A stretch of 64,000 bases of DNA from Lama glama (Eukaryota), in assembly GCA_028534125.1 (NCBI GenBank), contig CM052822.1, positions 63,612,001 through 63,676,000 of the forward strand. Direction: 5' to 3'. Below are positions 37,651 to 49,984 of this stretch, piece after piece. Made by a program: the position numbers and the translations under genes. Every line of letters begins with the position of its first letter. Position 1 is the first letter of the stretch. The notes beneath the pieces are model-generated. The model did no database searches. It was given only the letters and a program-made list of their open reading frames with translations, and was not told the DNA's origin.

Positions 37651-38789
37651 ATAATTTTAAAAACTATTACGTAAAAAAAAACCCAAAACCCAGTTCTATG
37701 CTAATATCTTTCATTTGGAAATTACTACTGAAACAGAAATTAATCTTTATAAAATAAATGTTTTTAGATTATCATAAAAATAAAAGGACAGAATTTTAAA
37801 ATTCTTCTAGAACTCACGGATTCCTGGATCCACAGTTGAGAAAAATTGTTGGAAGTCAAGGTAGAGACAGAAAGAGGTCTATTTATTGTGCAAGTGGAGA
37901 ATGTCTTTTATTGTCACACTAGTCAGAGCGTCAGAAAAATCAAGCAGAGGGGAAGCAGGGGTCCCATCTCTGTTCAGCAAAGTTAAGTAAGAAAAGCCTG
38001 CAGGACCTAGGAACCAGCACAGGGGTTCTGCACACTGACTTACATGCCAAGTCCAGAGCAGGAAAGGGGCAGAGAGCAGGACCAGTGATACTTCCATGCT
38101 CTGTCTCTTAGTGGGCACCAAGTTTGGGATGAGCATGGAGAAAGAGAGAAAATATGAGGAGAAAGAAGGATGCAATGTCTATGGCTCAGGGTGAGGGCAG
38201 GTCTCTGAAACCAGAGGAAAATTTTAGAGGGTAATTTGATATGGGTAGTAGCATGTAAGAAGATATGGGCTCTACAAGAAAGAAGAAAGTAATGGGGGAA
38301 GTTGAGATGAACAGGCAACGGGGTGAGATAAAAATGGAAACAGTAGAGAGAGGCTTGCAGGGAAACTAAAAAGCAAAAAAATATTTATTACTTTTCAAAA
38401 GAATTTTTAAACATTCCCTTTGGAGGCAATAAAGGACAGAATTGAAATTGTGATAAATAGGCTCAATGATGCAGCAGATCTTTGATAAATTTAAAAGGCT
38501 TAGTTGTTCCAGCGCAAGCAGGAGGAAGGGAGAGAAGCATGGTCACTGAGACTTGTAGAAACCTCTTAGTCTTTGAGGAGGTAGGCAGTGCAGATAAGGA
38601 CAAAGGGGATGCTCACTAACAGATCAACTTCCAAGCTTGTACACTTCAACAGCTTTCTTATCAAGCACCTCTGTTGCACTACCAATGCCAAACTTAAATA
38701 CAGGTCCCAAATGACAACCTCAAGAAATTCAGATGCATGGAAATTATGAGGATTGAAAACAAAAGGCAGAAACTTTGGCGTCACGTTCT

Positions 38790-38930
38790 GGTTTACTAAC
38801 TCAACCTTGGTTTCTTAATCTGTAAAAGAGCTACCTTCTGTGAGTGTTTTGAGGAACAAATGAGTTCTACAGAGTTTATTATAGTCGTTGGTATATAATA
38901 AGCACTCAATACATATTAGCTGCTGCTATT
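38790..38930 (+). mobile_element. MIR SINE
   Basis: ccttggtttcttaatctgtaaaa...gttttgaggaacaaatgag...aataagcactcaatacatattagct. Confidence 0.7.
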
Positions 38931-39134
38931 TTTACTATTGTATTATTTTTTAGTTGCATCCTCTATTACCCCAAAGAATAAAAGTTTAAAGAGGAAAATA
39001 ATAAAATAGATTAGTTATGAAGATATGAAGTCTAATGGAAGGCAACCAAAGCACTACTATAGATAACCTCAGACTCAATTTTCTTATTTCATAAACTATA
39101 TTCTTATTTTGTTAAAAAGAAAAAAGAAAAAAAG

Positions 39135-40880
39135 ATTAATAAAGAATACAAAGAAATGACAAAAAGAAATGGAAAGATATCTTGTGCTCTTGGATTAGAA
39201 CAATTAATATTATTAAAAATGGCCAAAGTAACTAAAGCAATCTACAGATTTAGTGCAATCTCGTTCAAAATACCCATGACATTTTTCACAGAACTAGAAC
39301 AAATAATCCTAAAATTCACATAGAACTACAAAAGATCCCAAATTGCCAAAGCAATCTTGAGGAAAAAGAACAAAGCTGGAGGAATCACCCCCTCCCGGAC
39401 CTCAGACTACACTACAAAGCTATAGTAATCAGAACAGCATGGCACTGGCACAAAAACAGATACATAGATCAATGGAACAGAAGACAGCCCAGAAATAAAC
39501 CCATGCACTTATGGTCACTTAATCTATGACAAAGGAGGCACAATATACAATGAAGAAAAAACAGTCTCTTCAATAAGTGGTGTTGGGAAAACTGGACAGC
39601 AACATGTAAAACAACGAGATTAGAAAATTTCCTCACTCCATATACAAAAATAACTCAAAATGGATTAAAGACCTAAGTGTAAGACATGAAACCATAAAAT
39701 TCCTGTAAGAGAACATAGGTAGGACATTCTTTGACATAAATCATAGCAGTATTTTTTGGATCTTATTTCCCAAGGCAAAAGAAATAAAGCAAAAGTAAAC
39801 AAATGAGACCTAATTAAACTTACAAGCTTTTGAATAACAAAGGAAACCATAAGCAAAACAAGAGAAAATATTTGCAAATGATATAACTGACAAAGGGTTA
39901 ATATCCAAAATATATAAACAGTTCATACAACTCAATATCAAAAAAACCAAACAACTCNNNNNNNNNNNNNNNNNNNNNNNNNNNNNNNNNNNNNNNNNNN
40001 NNNNNNNNNNNNNNNNNNNNNNNNNNNNNNNNNNNNNNNNNNNNNNNNNNNNNNNNNNNNNNNNNNNNNNNNNNNNNNNNNNNNNNNNNNNNNNNNNNNN
40101 CTGTCAGAATCACTAGCATCAAAAAGTCNNNNNNNNNNNNNNNNNNNNNNNNNNNNNNNNNNNNNNNNNNNNNNNNNNNNNNNNNNNNNNNNNNNNNNNN
40201 NNNNNNNNNNNNNNNNNNNNNNNNNNNNNNNNNNNNNNNNNNNNNNNNNNNNNNNNNNNNNNNNNNNNNNNNNNNNNNNNNNNNNNNNNNNNNNNNNNNN
40301 NNNNNNNNAACACTAATTCAAAAAGATATATGCATCCCAATGTTCACNNNNNNNNNNNNNNNNNNNNNNNNNNNNNNNNNNNNNNNNNNNNNNNNNNNNN
40401 NNNNNNNNNNNNNNNNNNNNNNNNNNNNNNNNNNNNNNNNNNNNNNNNNNNNNNNNNNNNNNNNNNNNNNNNNNNNNNNNNNNNNNNNNNNNNNNNNNAC
40501 ATAGGTGGATCTAGAGAATATAATGCTTAATGAAATAAGTCAGAAAGACAAATACTCTATGATATCACTTATACATAGAATCTACAAAGTAAAACAAACT
40601 AACATGTATAGCAAAACAGAAACAGATTTACAGATAGAGACAACAAACTAGTGGTTACTAGCGGGGAGAGGTAAGGGAGGAGGGGCAAGATGGGGTTAAA
40701 AGATACAAACTACTTTGTATAAAATAGATAAGCAACAAGGCTATACTGTGTAGCACAAGGAATAATAGCCATTATCTTATAATAACTTAATGAAGTATAA
40801 TCTGTAAAAATACTGAATCACTATGCTATATATCTAAAACTAATATATTTATAAATTAACTTTACTTCAATTTAAAAAAC
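39135..40880 (+). mobile_element. 5'-truncated, degenerate L1 (3' half of ORF2 plus 3' UTR), with three N-runs
   Basis: aaatggaaagatatcttgtgctcttggattaga (KWKDI.CSWI), gccaaagcaatcttgaggaaaaagaacaaagctggagga ([13 protein letters not shown]), ggcactggcacaaaaacaga; 3' UTR to tttacttcaatttaaaaaa. Confidence 0.95.
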
Positions 40881-40899
40881 AAATAATAGATGAATAGAG

Positions 40900-41250
40900 A
40901 ATAATAAGATTAAAACAAATCTTAGGAAAATAAAAGGAATAAAAAAGCAGAGATTTTTTTTAAAAAATAGCATAAAATTATTATAGTTTGGGAGGTAAAA
41001 CAGCAAAATATACTCGCTACTCATAAATTTAAGTTTTAAAAAGATGGAGACATATGCATACTTCTAGATAACAGGGCTGAATACTGTAAAAATGTAAAAT
41101 TTTCCCAGATTAGTTTATCCATTTATTAAAAACCCAATCAACATGCTGATGGGACTATTTTTTGGAAACTGGCAATATAATTATAAGGTTCATAATTATA
41201 ATTCTGGAGAACAGGTGAAAGTAGCTAAGAACATTTTGAAAACATTCTAA
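40900..41250 (+). mobile_element. Older, highly degraded L1 ORF2 fragment
   Basis: agatggagacatatgcatacttctagataacagggctgaatactgtaaaaatg...ttttcccagattagtttatccattta resembles KWRDIPCSWIGRLNIVKM.ILPKLIY. Confidence 0.6.
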
Positions 41251-42094
41251 TAATATTAAATTCACCAGAGCAGTCTAGATTCAGAAGAAAAGTTATTTTG
41301 AGATCAGACTGACATCAGTGTAAAAAGGACCTTAGTCGACTTGATATATTATTAAAATACTAATTGCTGTCAATCTGTAATTCACACCTACTCAGCCCTA
41401 GCTCCAGATATTTTTGCTTCTCTGATGCACAGACCTCTAAATCAAATAACAGAAACACAAGTTGAAAATAAATTGCTCTGTGTCCTTCAATGAGCCCAGA
41501 AAAACAGTGGAACCCTAAACCAAAAATACCTTTGGATCTTATTCAAGTGGAATCATGTGTGTTTATTGAATTGTGTTATTTATTTCAAAATTCTCTATTT
41601 TAATCACAAAAGGAATTAGGCATGCATGAGCCATTTCAAATTCTTTTGGTTATTTTCAGTCCATAGGTTTTTCTCATCTTCAGGCTCGGAAGGTCATGTT
41701 CAAATTTTAACTTTGTTCACCAAGGACAAACACTACCATTTATAAACAATTTCTAAAGTGACTGCTAGAATGATTCTAAAGTAGGGTTTGTTTTATACTT
41801 AGGGTCTAAAAATAAAGAAGGCTGTTTTTATCTGCCATCTGAGGGAAAAGAGAGGAGTTTTGTTGATGAGGGAATGTGGCTTGGGGACATTGCTGAGTGG
41901 GATGGCCTAGGCTCAGGACACCTGGGGCCAGCAGCATAAAGGTGGGACAGAATGCACAAGGCTTCCCCCATCCTTCCTAAAATTATGAGTATTACACGGA
42001 AAGGTGGGGAGTCCAGAAGTACAGAGGAGTGGTACAGCAATCAAATGTTAGTGTCAGCACTGATTTCAAATTCTCGGTACCAGAACCAGGCCAT

Positions 42095-42225
42095 GAGTTA
42101 AGAAAACATGTTCTAGAGTCAAAAAGACCTTGAAATAGGTCCCAGCTCCACCACGTGCTAGCAGTCTAATGTTAAACAAGTTTCTTAAACAGCAACTCTC
42201 AATTTCCTCATCTCTATACCAGGTA
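42095..42225 (+). mobile_element. MIR SINE
   Basis: gttaagaaaacatgttctagagtcaaaaagacc...cccagctccacc...caatttcctcatctctata. Confidence 0.75.
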
Positions 42226-45200
42226 TTTCACAGATCTAGACAAATGATAGCCAATACTGCTTGGTATAAGAATTTTGTGATCATTGTAAGTCTAAGTCTC
42301 TCATCATAGGGTAGTAGAAAATGAGGCAAAAACGCATCAATGTGTAGGTAAAAAAGCATTCTAACAGGTGAAGTACTGGGTATAGGAGTTTTTACTGTGT
42401 GCATGTGCGTTAGAGTTGGGGGTGCAGGGAAAGAGAATGTAAGAACAAAAAAGACTTAAAATTATATGATGCACACTGTAGGGGAAAACTATAGATATCA
42501 ATGCTGGTTAAACGTACTAATAAACCCACAGAAGAGAAAATCCACAGATGTCGGGTGTAAAGAAGAAAAGGCAGGTAGAGTGGATGGTCCAGAGAAGCAG
42601 TCGTAATTCAGATTTGGGAGAAAGAAAGGATGCTAAAGCCAGAACATCCAGCCTTTGAGAAGCCAATTAGGACCTCATTCCTGTGTGCTAGGGAGGACGC
42701 AGCAGTTGTGAGGATGAGGCTGAAGGTAGCACGAGGTCAGAGGTTCCAGCTGCACCTGGGTGACCGCTGTCTGGAGGTGGCGCTGCATGGGGGAATGCTG
42801 AAATAACCCTGAGCAATGGGAGAGAGTCAGGCATAGACCAAAGGGTGCTACAAGATTTATAACCATGAGCACAAATGTAAGCACTCTTTACACTTATACC
42901 CCATGCAGATCATTAGATGAAACAAACTGGTATTGACACTGAGTAAAGCTTACAACAGCACTGAACTTTCATCTCTCTTCCAGTAGATTTCTTATCTTTC
43001 CCAATTTGTGGCTCATCTATTTACAACTTGAAGAGATTGAAAGGATACTGATGACAACATAATGACTGTGGAGCAAATGGAAGAAAGGGCTCTAGCTCAC
43101 ATTAAAAATTATGATATGATTTAGCAGGTTATAAAGACACTGGTTTTATCTGAGAGTTATAGGAAAAGGACTTTTAACCTTACAGAATCAGCTTTTAGCA
43201 TCCCTTATGCGCAGATACCAAGATCTTAGCTCACGTGTATCAAAAGAATTGAGTGGGAGGAGTGGGAAAGATGGGGGGATAAGGAAGTTGTTAAGACAAT
43301 TCAGGAGTATCTTTAATCAGAGATGGAATTATCTCTGCCCTTTCCTGGATCACGAACGAGAAGTTCTGTCTCCATATTGTGTCCCTCAGAGAGGAAGGAG
43401 AAAGGGAGATAGAAGAGAAAGCAAAAGAGGCCAAGTTAGCCAAGCTCTCTTTCCTCCGCGCTTCGAAATTATCCTTAAATAACCTTGAGCAAGACAAGCC
43501 ACGTTGCCATGTGCCATGGAAGGCAAACTGACAGAGGGTATGTTTGGTTTAATGGATTATTTCCTATTCATGATAGAAATCTAGCAGAGAGACCCCTGTT
43601 ATCCCCTGCTGAGAACCTAGTGCAGTTCATCTGTTTAATGCTCAAATCCCTCCCAGAGCATTCAAGGCGCCCTGGAGTGAGGGTGTCTCCTGTGAGTTCT
43701 ATGCATTGGTTATCTTCGTAACACAGTGCAGTTTTCCTTTTCCTGTTCATTGAATGATGCCAGATTGGGTCAACTCCAAAAGCAACATCCAGGCATGAAT
43801 TTTCTACCTAGGTCCCCACTGCAACTGCAACCAGCTGATGCCTAATTTGAAAGCCTAGATATCAGAGCAAGGGAGTTGTCATGTGGCACTTCTGAAGTCC
43901 CTGGCACTATCTCCCACCACTGCAGAGCTGCTGGGACCAGTAGGTGGTGTCTTGTGTTCTCAGAACCCTGTGGAGATAATGATGAAAAGGTGCTCTGGGA
44001 TTTGACTTGCTCTTTTATTGCAGAACTCAGCCATGAGCACCTGGGGTCCGGGCCAGGAGACCGTCTGTGTGGCAGACGCCTTACTCTACTCAGCTGCAGT
44101 TCCCAGGCACAATGAAATGAAAAATGCTATCCTCTTAGTAGCTGGTACAAGAATTTATCTTAGGAAGAGGCTTGCCTTTTTGAGAAAAATGTCTTGATAA
44201 GCTCACTTGTGTAGTCAATTGCTTTGAAGCATAGCTGTTCTCTGGTGCCAAGGTTTCAGAGAAAGTGCCAAAGTTATTCTGCTTAAGAAGACAAACCTTA
44301 TTTATTTATGTGTTTGTTCTGCCTTGGAGATGAGGAGGAGGAAAGTAAAAAGGAGGAGTAAGATAACAATAGAGTGAGAGATACATTGCACCATGGGATT
44401 CTTCTCCACTAATAGTACTAAAAACCATTAAATGTTTGGTTTGATTGGCTTTCTTATGGGCTGACCTTGTGTTGTGCTGGCTCTGGGAAAACAGAAGCGT
44501 CAGATACAGATAAAGGAAGGCGAGACAGGCCAGCTGCCATCTGTACAGCGAGACCAGGTTCCTTGTCTTTGAAATCAAGCCCGGGCAGCCTAACTGATCC
44601 TTCATTATGCACGTTGAGCCCAAAGGGACGTGCCCCATCAGGGACCAGGATGAGCATAGACAGGTCTATAGCTCAGGGTCAGGGCAGCTTAGGAACTACA
44701 GAACTGTTCAGGACCTGCTGAAAATGGAAGCAAAACTGACCTCGGCCACCACCTCCTCTGGCCTTTCTTGCAACACTATTCCGTCCCCTCTTCTCCAAGG
44801 GGCCTCTGTGGGCTCAGAAGAACCTCAGCACCTGGACATCTGCCAGTAACCAAATCTCCCATTTCCGGTAGGACCTCTGCCTCCATCCCAGTGTTCTCCT
44901 CCATTCCAGTCCCTGCCACCCAACTCTCTACACACGTGTTCAGAGCACCCACTCTGTGCCTGATGCTCCAGCAGGCTCTGGGAAAACTGAGGGAAACAAC
45001 ATACCACCTATGGAAAAGGAGTGCTTAATTTCTCTGCACCATTTGTGGGCTGCACTCCGTGGGACTGACTCCTTGCCTTTTGAGCACATTGCTGAGAATA
45101 CAGCGCTTTTCCCCTGAAGAAGTTTTCATCATTTCCTCGTCTTCAAGATCAGTCCATCACAGAGATCAATTTTGATTCTAGCATTTCTCACACATTTTCA

Positions 45201-45226
45201 TTATTTTCTTATATGCAGGTGCCCCC

Positions 45227-45658
45227 TGTGTTGGTTCTCTACAGCTGCCAAAACAAATTACCACTAGTTTAATGCCTTAAAGCAACACAAAATTTATTAT
45301 CTTACCGTTCTGGAGACCAGCGTGGCTGTGAAACTTCTGGGAGCTTCCGGGCGAATCCATTTTTTTTGCCTTTTCCAGCTTCTGGAAGCTGCCACATTCC
45401 TTGGCTCATGGTCCTGCAACACTCTGACTGCTGCCTCTGTCATCACGTGACCACCTTTCAGCCTCTGACCCTCCTACCTCCCTCATATGTTGACCCTTGT
45501 GGTTATTTAGACCCACGTGACGGATTCTGGCTACTTTCCTTAGGAGCCTTAATTTAACCATATCTGCAAAATCCCTTCTGTCAAGCAAGGCGACATATTC
45601 AGAGGTCCTGGGGATTAGGATGTGGGAATCTTTAGGGGGCTATTATACTTCCCACCAC
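45227..45658 (-). mobile_element. MLT1 LTR (MLT1C/D-like)
   Basis: acaaattaccactagtttaatgccttaaagcaacacaaaatttattatcttaccgttctgga...ttgccttttccagcttctggaagctgccacattccttggctcatgg...ggggattaggatgtgggaatctttaggggg. Confidence 0.88.
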
Positions 45659-45830
45659 CTTTCCCCAAATATAAAAAAAGCTGAGTGTCACTCTGCCCCT
45701 TCTGGAGCTGTGTTTAGTCTCACAATGTCAGGTCCACGATGGTCTGTGGGGGGAAGGCCAGTCTCACAAGATGTTAGGAGGTCATCTTGGACAATGAATG
45801 CAACTGAGAACTAAAAATTATAAAACCCAC

Positions 45831-46176
45831 TGTACTGTAGGTGCTCACTGAGGTCCAGGCTTCGCAGGTTCACGGACTCGGGCAGACAGACGAACACTCG
45901 CAGAGCCGCATCTCAAACGTGCCTTTATTGCGGAGCGGAGTCCCCGAGCTTTGGAGGCGGCGTCGGCGGCGGCGGAAAGTCCCGCCCTCCTTATATCGCG
46001 AGACTGGCAAAAACCGGCAAGCGGCCGACTGACCTACGGGCTGACCTCTGCGCTTGCGCAGCGCAAGTCATCACTATGTAACAATACATGGGTACTGCGC
46101 ATGCGGGGTAATATTGCTAAGTCACTGGGCACCAGACGTCAGGCGAGGGAGCGTGACTGACGCCACCTTCCCTACA
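45831..46176 (-). mobile_element. Young endogenous retrovirus solo LTR (~345 bp)
   Basis: TG...CA ends with a TGTAGG/CCTACA terminal inverted repeat. TSD CCCAC at 45826-45830 and 46177-46181. Minus-strand TATAA (~45991-45995) followed by AATAAA (45924-45929). 32 CpGs counted by eye. No PBS or PPT in the flanks. Confidence 0.88.
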
Positions 46177-46334
46177 CCCACTCTTCTTAAAATGTATTTA
46201 TTTATTTAACAAACACTTATAAAGAGCGGACCTTACATAGATGCTGTTCTGAGGTATGGGGCAGACAGGAATAAATGAAACAGAGGAGTCTCTGATTCCA
46301 TAGGGCTGATGAACTAGGAAAAAAAACACACAAA

Positions 46335-46421
46335 AGCATGATGGACATCATGTGTCATTAGGGAATCACAAATTAAAATGACAAGATACTATACACATCT
46401 TTTAGAATGTTAAAATCCAAA
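46335..46421 (+). mobile_element. L1 ORF2 fragment running into an N-run (antisense L2 tail just upstream, ~46190-46320)
   Basis: gtcattagggaatcacaaattaaaatgacaagatactatacacatcttttagaatgttaaaatccaa resembles VIREMQIKTTMRYH..RM.KI. Confidence 0.7.
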
Positions 46422-49282
46422 NNNNNNNNNNNNNNNNNNNNNNNNNNNNNNNNNNNNNNNNNNNNNNNNNNNNNNNNNNNNNNNNNNNNNNNNNNNNNNN
46501 NNNNNNNNNNNNNNNNNNNNNNNNNNNNNNNNNNNNNNNNNNNNNNNNNNNNNNNNNANNNNNNNNNNNNNNNNNNNNNNNNNNNNNNNNNNNNNNNNNN
46601 NNNNNNNNNNNNNNNNNNNNNNNNNNNNNNNNNNNNNNNNNNNNNNNNNNNNNNNNNNNNNNNNNNNNNNNNNNNNNNNNNNNNNNNNNNNNNNNNNNNN
46701 NNNNNNNNNNNNNNNNNNNNNNNNNNNNACCACCTGATTTATTTTTAAGAAAATTCCTCTCACTATTGGGACAGACTGTAGTAGGGGCATGAATGGGACC
46801 AGGAGACCCGATTTAAGTCCTGCAGGTGCAGTGAGAAGAAATGTCACAGCTAAAGCCAAAAACCAGAATCTTGTCCAAATTTTAACTTATGATCCATTTA
46901 AATGACAGAAGACAGTGGCCCCCAGAGCAGCTGGGAGAACGCAAACTCATGGGGAGAATTTAATTCTCGAGAGAGAGTTAGAAACCTAGGAGTCAGGAGT
47001 ATTGTCTCAAAGTTTCCAGGTTAGAGTTTCCCCTTGGTAAGTCTCATAATTTATATATTCATGATGGGCCTTAATTATTCATTTCCAAGGAGCATGTAAA
47101 TTCCGTGCCCCAGTAATGGTTTGGGTAGATAGCTTGGTGTCTGTCGTGTGACTGAAGACCTGAGATATTCCAACTTCTGTCCATTGCTTCTTTGTATTCA
47201 TTAGCTAAATTTAATCTTCATAATTATCCCGTTATGAGGCCCTATGGACACATGAGGTACTGCAGACCAGAAAGGTTAAAATTGTCCCAAAGTAATCTAG
47301 CATAAATAGAACCCAAATTTACCTGACCCTGAAGCCCAGGCCCTTCCTAAGACATGCAAAGACAGACTAGTAGAAAGAACTGAACATCCCAGCAGACACA
47401 CTCACCACCCAGCCTGGGGCTTTAGTTCCAGAGCGAAAAGAAGGAGGACAAACATTTCCATGTAAAATCTTTTTCTTTCCTTTGGCTGTTTGATAACTTC
47501 TTTCAAAGTGCATTTGAGAGAAGCGGTAGAGAGAGTGGAGGAGGCAGGGTTTGAAGAGGAAAGGTTCAGAGAGCAGGATAGTGAAATGAGTCCACCAGGG
47601 ACTAATTTGGGCATGTTCCTTTGCTTCTCACCCACTGTTTCTAAATGGCTCCCAAGATGCGGAGGCTAATGCCTTACAAGGACAAAGAAAAGCCACTTGC
47701 TCTGAAAAGCTGTGAATCTTGTGGGGTCCTGGTTTCTGCCACCTTGTGGAGTCAGGGAGGAGGAGGGTCTCCAGCAGGTCTGGTTCCCAGAGATTTTTCA
47801 GCCTCGTCCCAGGCTGCTTTTCCCCATTACTGAGTAGAAGATCTTTCCCCAGCCAGATTGGCTGAGCAGATTTGCTGGGGGAAGGTCCCCCATTTTCAGG
47901 TGCCATGGTCTAACGGAAATTTGGCTGGGGAAGGATGTCAGAGAGGCCCCGCTAACTGATGACTCAGGTCGGTAATAATCATCCACAGGCCACTCACCAG
48001 CTGAGTCATAAACTCCAAAAGCAGGAATGCTGGCTGAATTCAAGCTGTATGTTCGTGACAGAGGGCAGTTGGCAGGAAGATGGTGTTTACATTCTTGCTG
48101 TGCCCCAAATCCTGAGGGCCATTTTAATTAGCTTTCAAACAGCTTTCAGACTTCAGGTCTTTGAGTTTGTTCTTACGGCTACACACACACACCCACACAT
48201 AATCCCATTTTAATGAAATCAGGGGAACATCAAAATCACTACATTGTATCAGTGTCTCATTAAAATGGACAGCTTTTGCTGTAGCAGGCGAAAGGACTGC
48301 TTTGTAGTTTATTAATATTTTTAATTATTTGAAGCAAAATTTCCACACACTGATGTGTTGGTGAATAGAGGTCCAGTTTTTGTGGGGTTTTTTTCTTTTT
48401 TGGTTCTTTTTTTTAATTGAAGCATAATTGATTTACAGTGTTGTGGTATATGTATATACACAAATTTTTTTTTTTAATAAACAAAGAAAGGTGGTTTTTC
48501 AGTTTTCAAAGTAAGCTGCCGAGGAAGGAAAGGCTGTGACTAGCTTTGAATATAATATCAGATTCCTGTTATAATTGGATGTATTTTTCAAAACATACTG
48601 CTAACATTTGGAGTGGAGTTATAAATATTTATGGGGGCAAGGGGTGGTGGGAGCCACGCTAGAGACTAGTGGGGAAATGAAAGGATATCCAATTAGCTCT
48701 CAATGGAAATTAATTGTGTAGTCCTGCAGAAATGGCCAAACTGTTGAATACCACATCTAAAAGAAAAATGACAATAGCGACTTACATAACCAAAGTATTT
48801 TTTTGGCATGTGTGTTGGGGGGAGGCTGAACTGGAGGCTGTCATTAGGCACTGATGGGGACTCTCTGGCCTTGACTGAGCTGGCTTCAGAGGCTGTGGGC
48901 TAGCTGGTCCCAAAGGGAGTAAGGCTCAGAGGCTGGAGAAAGAGGAGGCAGGGGCACGGAAGGAATGAGGTGAAGAGGTACTGTGAGAAAGGGAAGGAGC
49001 TGGTTCTCCTTCCTCCCAAGATGCAGTAAAGGGTCAAGGGCAGACTTAAGGGACCTGAGCAAGTCCCGCTCCCAGTAGAGAACACCTTTGGAGAGGGAGT
49101 GAGTGGAGGACGCACTAGTTGAGGTTCTCAGAGAGCTGTAGAGCTTGGAACATGGCCGTCTGGGAACTCCGGAAAAGTGATACTGATGAGCACCTGAAGT
49201 TTTCCTAATGGAATTCTTAGTGAATTTGTTTAATCCACATAACTAGCATGTGACTCTCCATTAAACTGCTTTCTCTAGCATC

Positions 49283-49620
49283 TGTATCACTCGGGGTCCC
49301 TGTGAGAAATAGGTGGCACGCTCAAACTGGGTAACTGAGAAGAGGTTAATAAAGGGACTATCAGCAAAGGTGTGGGCACAGCATGAGGAGACCACAGGGT
49401 TAGTGCCTGGGGCTGGGAACAATGTGGAGAGAGCACTGTCACCCCATCACCTCTAGGGGAGGGGAGGAAGTGGTACTGAACCTGGGCAGTGGAGAGGACC
49501 ACTTGGGAAGAGCAGCTTAGTACAACCTACCAGGAAAAAGTCAAGGGAATAAATACCCCAGCCTCTCTCTTCCTCCATCTTCAGATTGCCTGCAGTGGAT
49601 TCTCATTGGCGAATCCCACC
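49283..49620 (-). mobile_element. ERVL LTR (LTR16-like)
   Basis: tgtatcactcggggtccctgtgagaaataggtggcacgctcaaactgggtaactgagaagaggttaataaagggacta. Confidence 0.75.
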
Positions 49621-49639
49621 CAGTTTGAAGCCAGACATG

Positions 49640-49984
49640 ACTGTGAGTCTGGCAAGTCCAAACTCCATTGTCAAGTGGCAGGCTGAAAATTTGAGTGAGT
49701 TGACATTGCAGCCTTTAATCCAAAGGCTGAAAAATCAGGCAGAATTTCTGTGCTACAACCTGGAGGCAGAATTTCTTCTTTGGGGGGAAACCTCAGTCTT
49801 CTCTGAAGATCTTCAACTGATTGGACGAGACCCCCCATATCATGGAGGCTGGTCTGCTTTACTTAAAGTCATCTGATTGTAAATGTTAACCACACCTTAA
49901 GAATACTTTTACAGCAACATCTAGACTGGTATTTGACCAAGTAACTGGTCACCATTGCCTCGCCATATGAAAATAACCATTACA
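49640..49984 (-). mobile_element. MLT2 (ERVL) LTR
   Basis: gaggcagaatttcttctttggggggaaacctcagtctt...cttcaactgattggacgagacccc...ctgctttacttaaagtc...acagcaacatctagactggtatttgacca...aaataaccattaca. Confidence 0.85.

Noticed and set aside
44824-44845. RE1/REST-like CTCAGCACCTGGACATCTGCC (also TTCAGCACCAC near 15524)
   Set aside because: Half-site spacing is wrong in the first, and the critical GGAC half is missing in the second.
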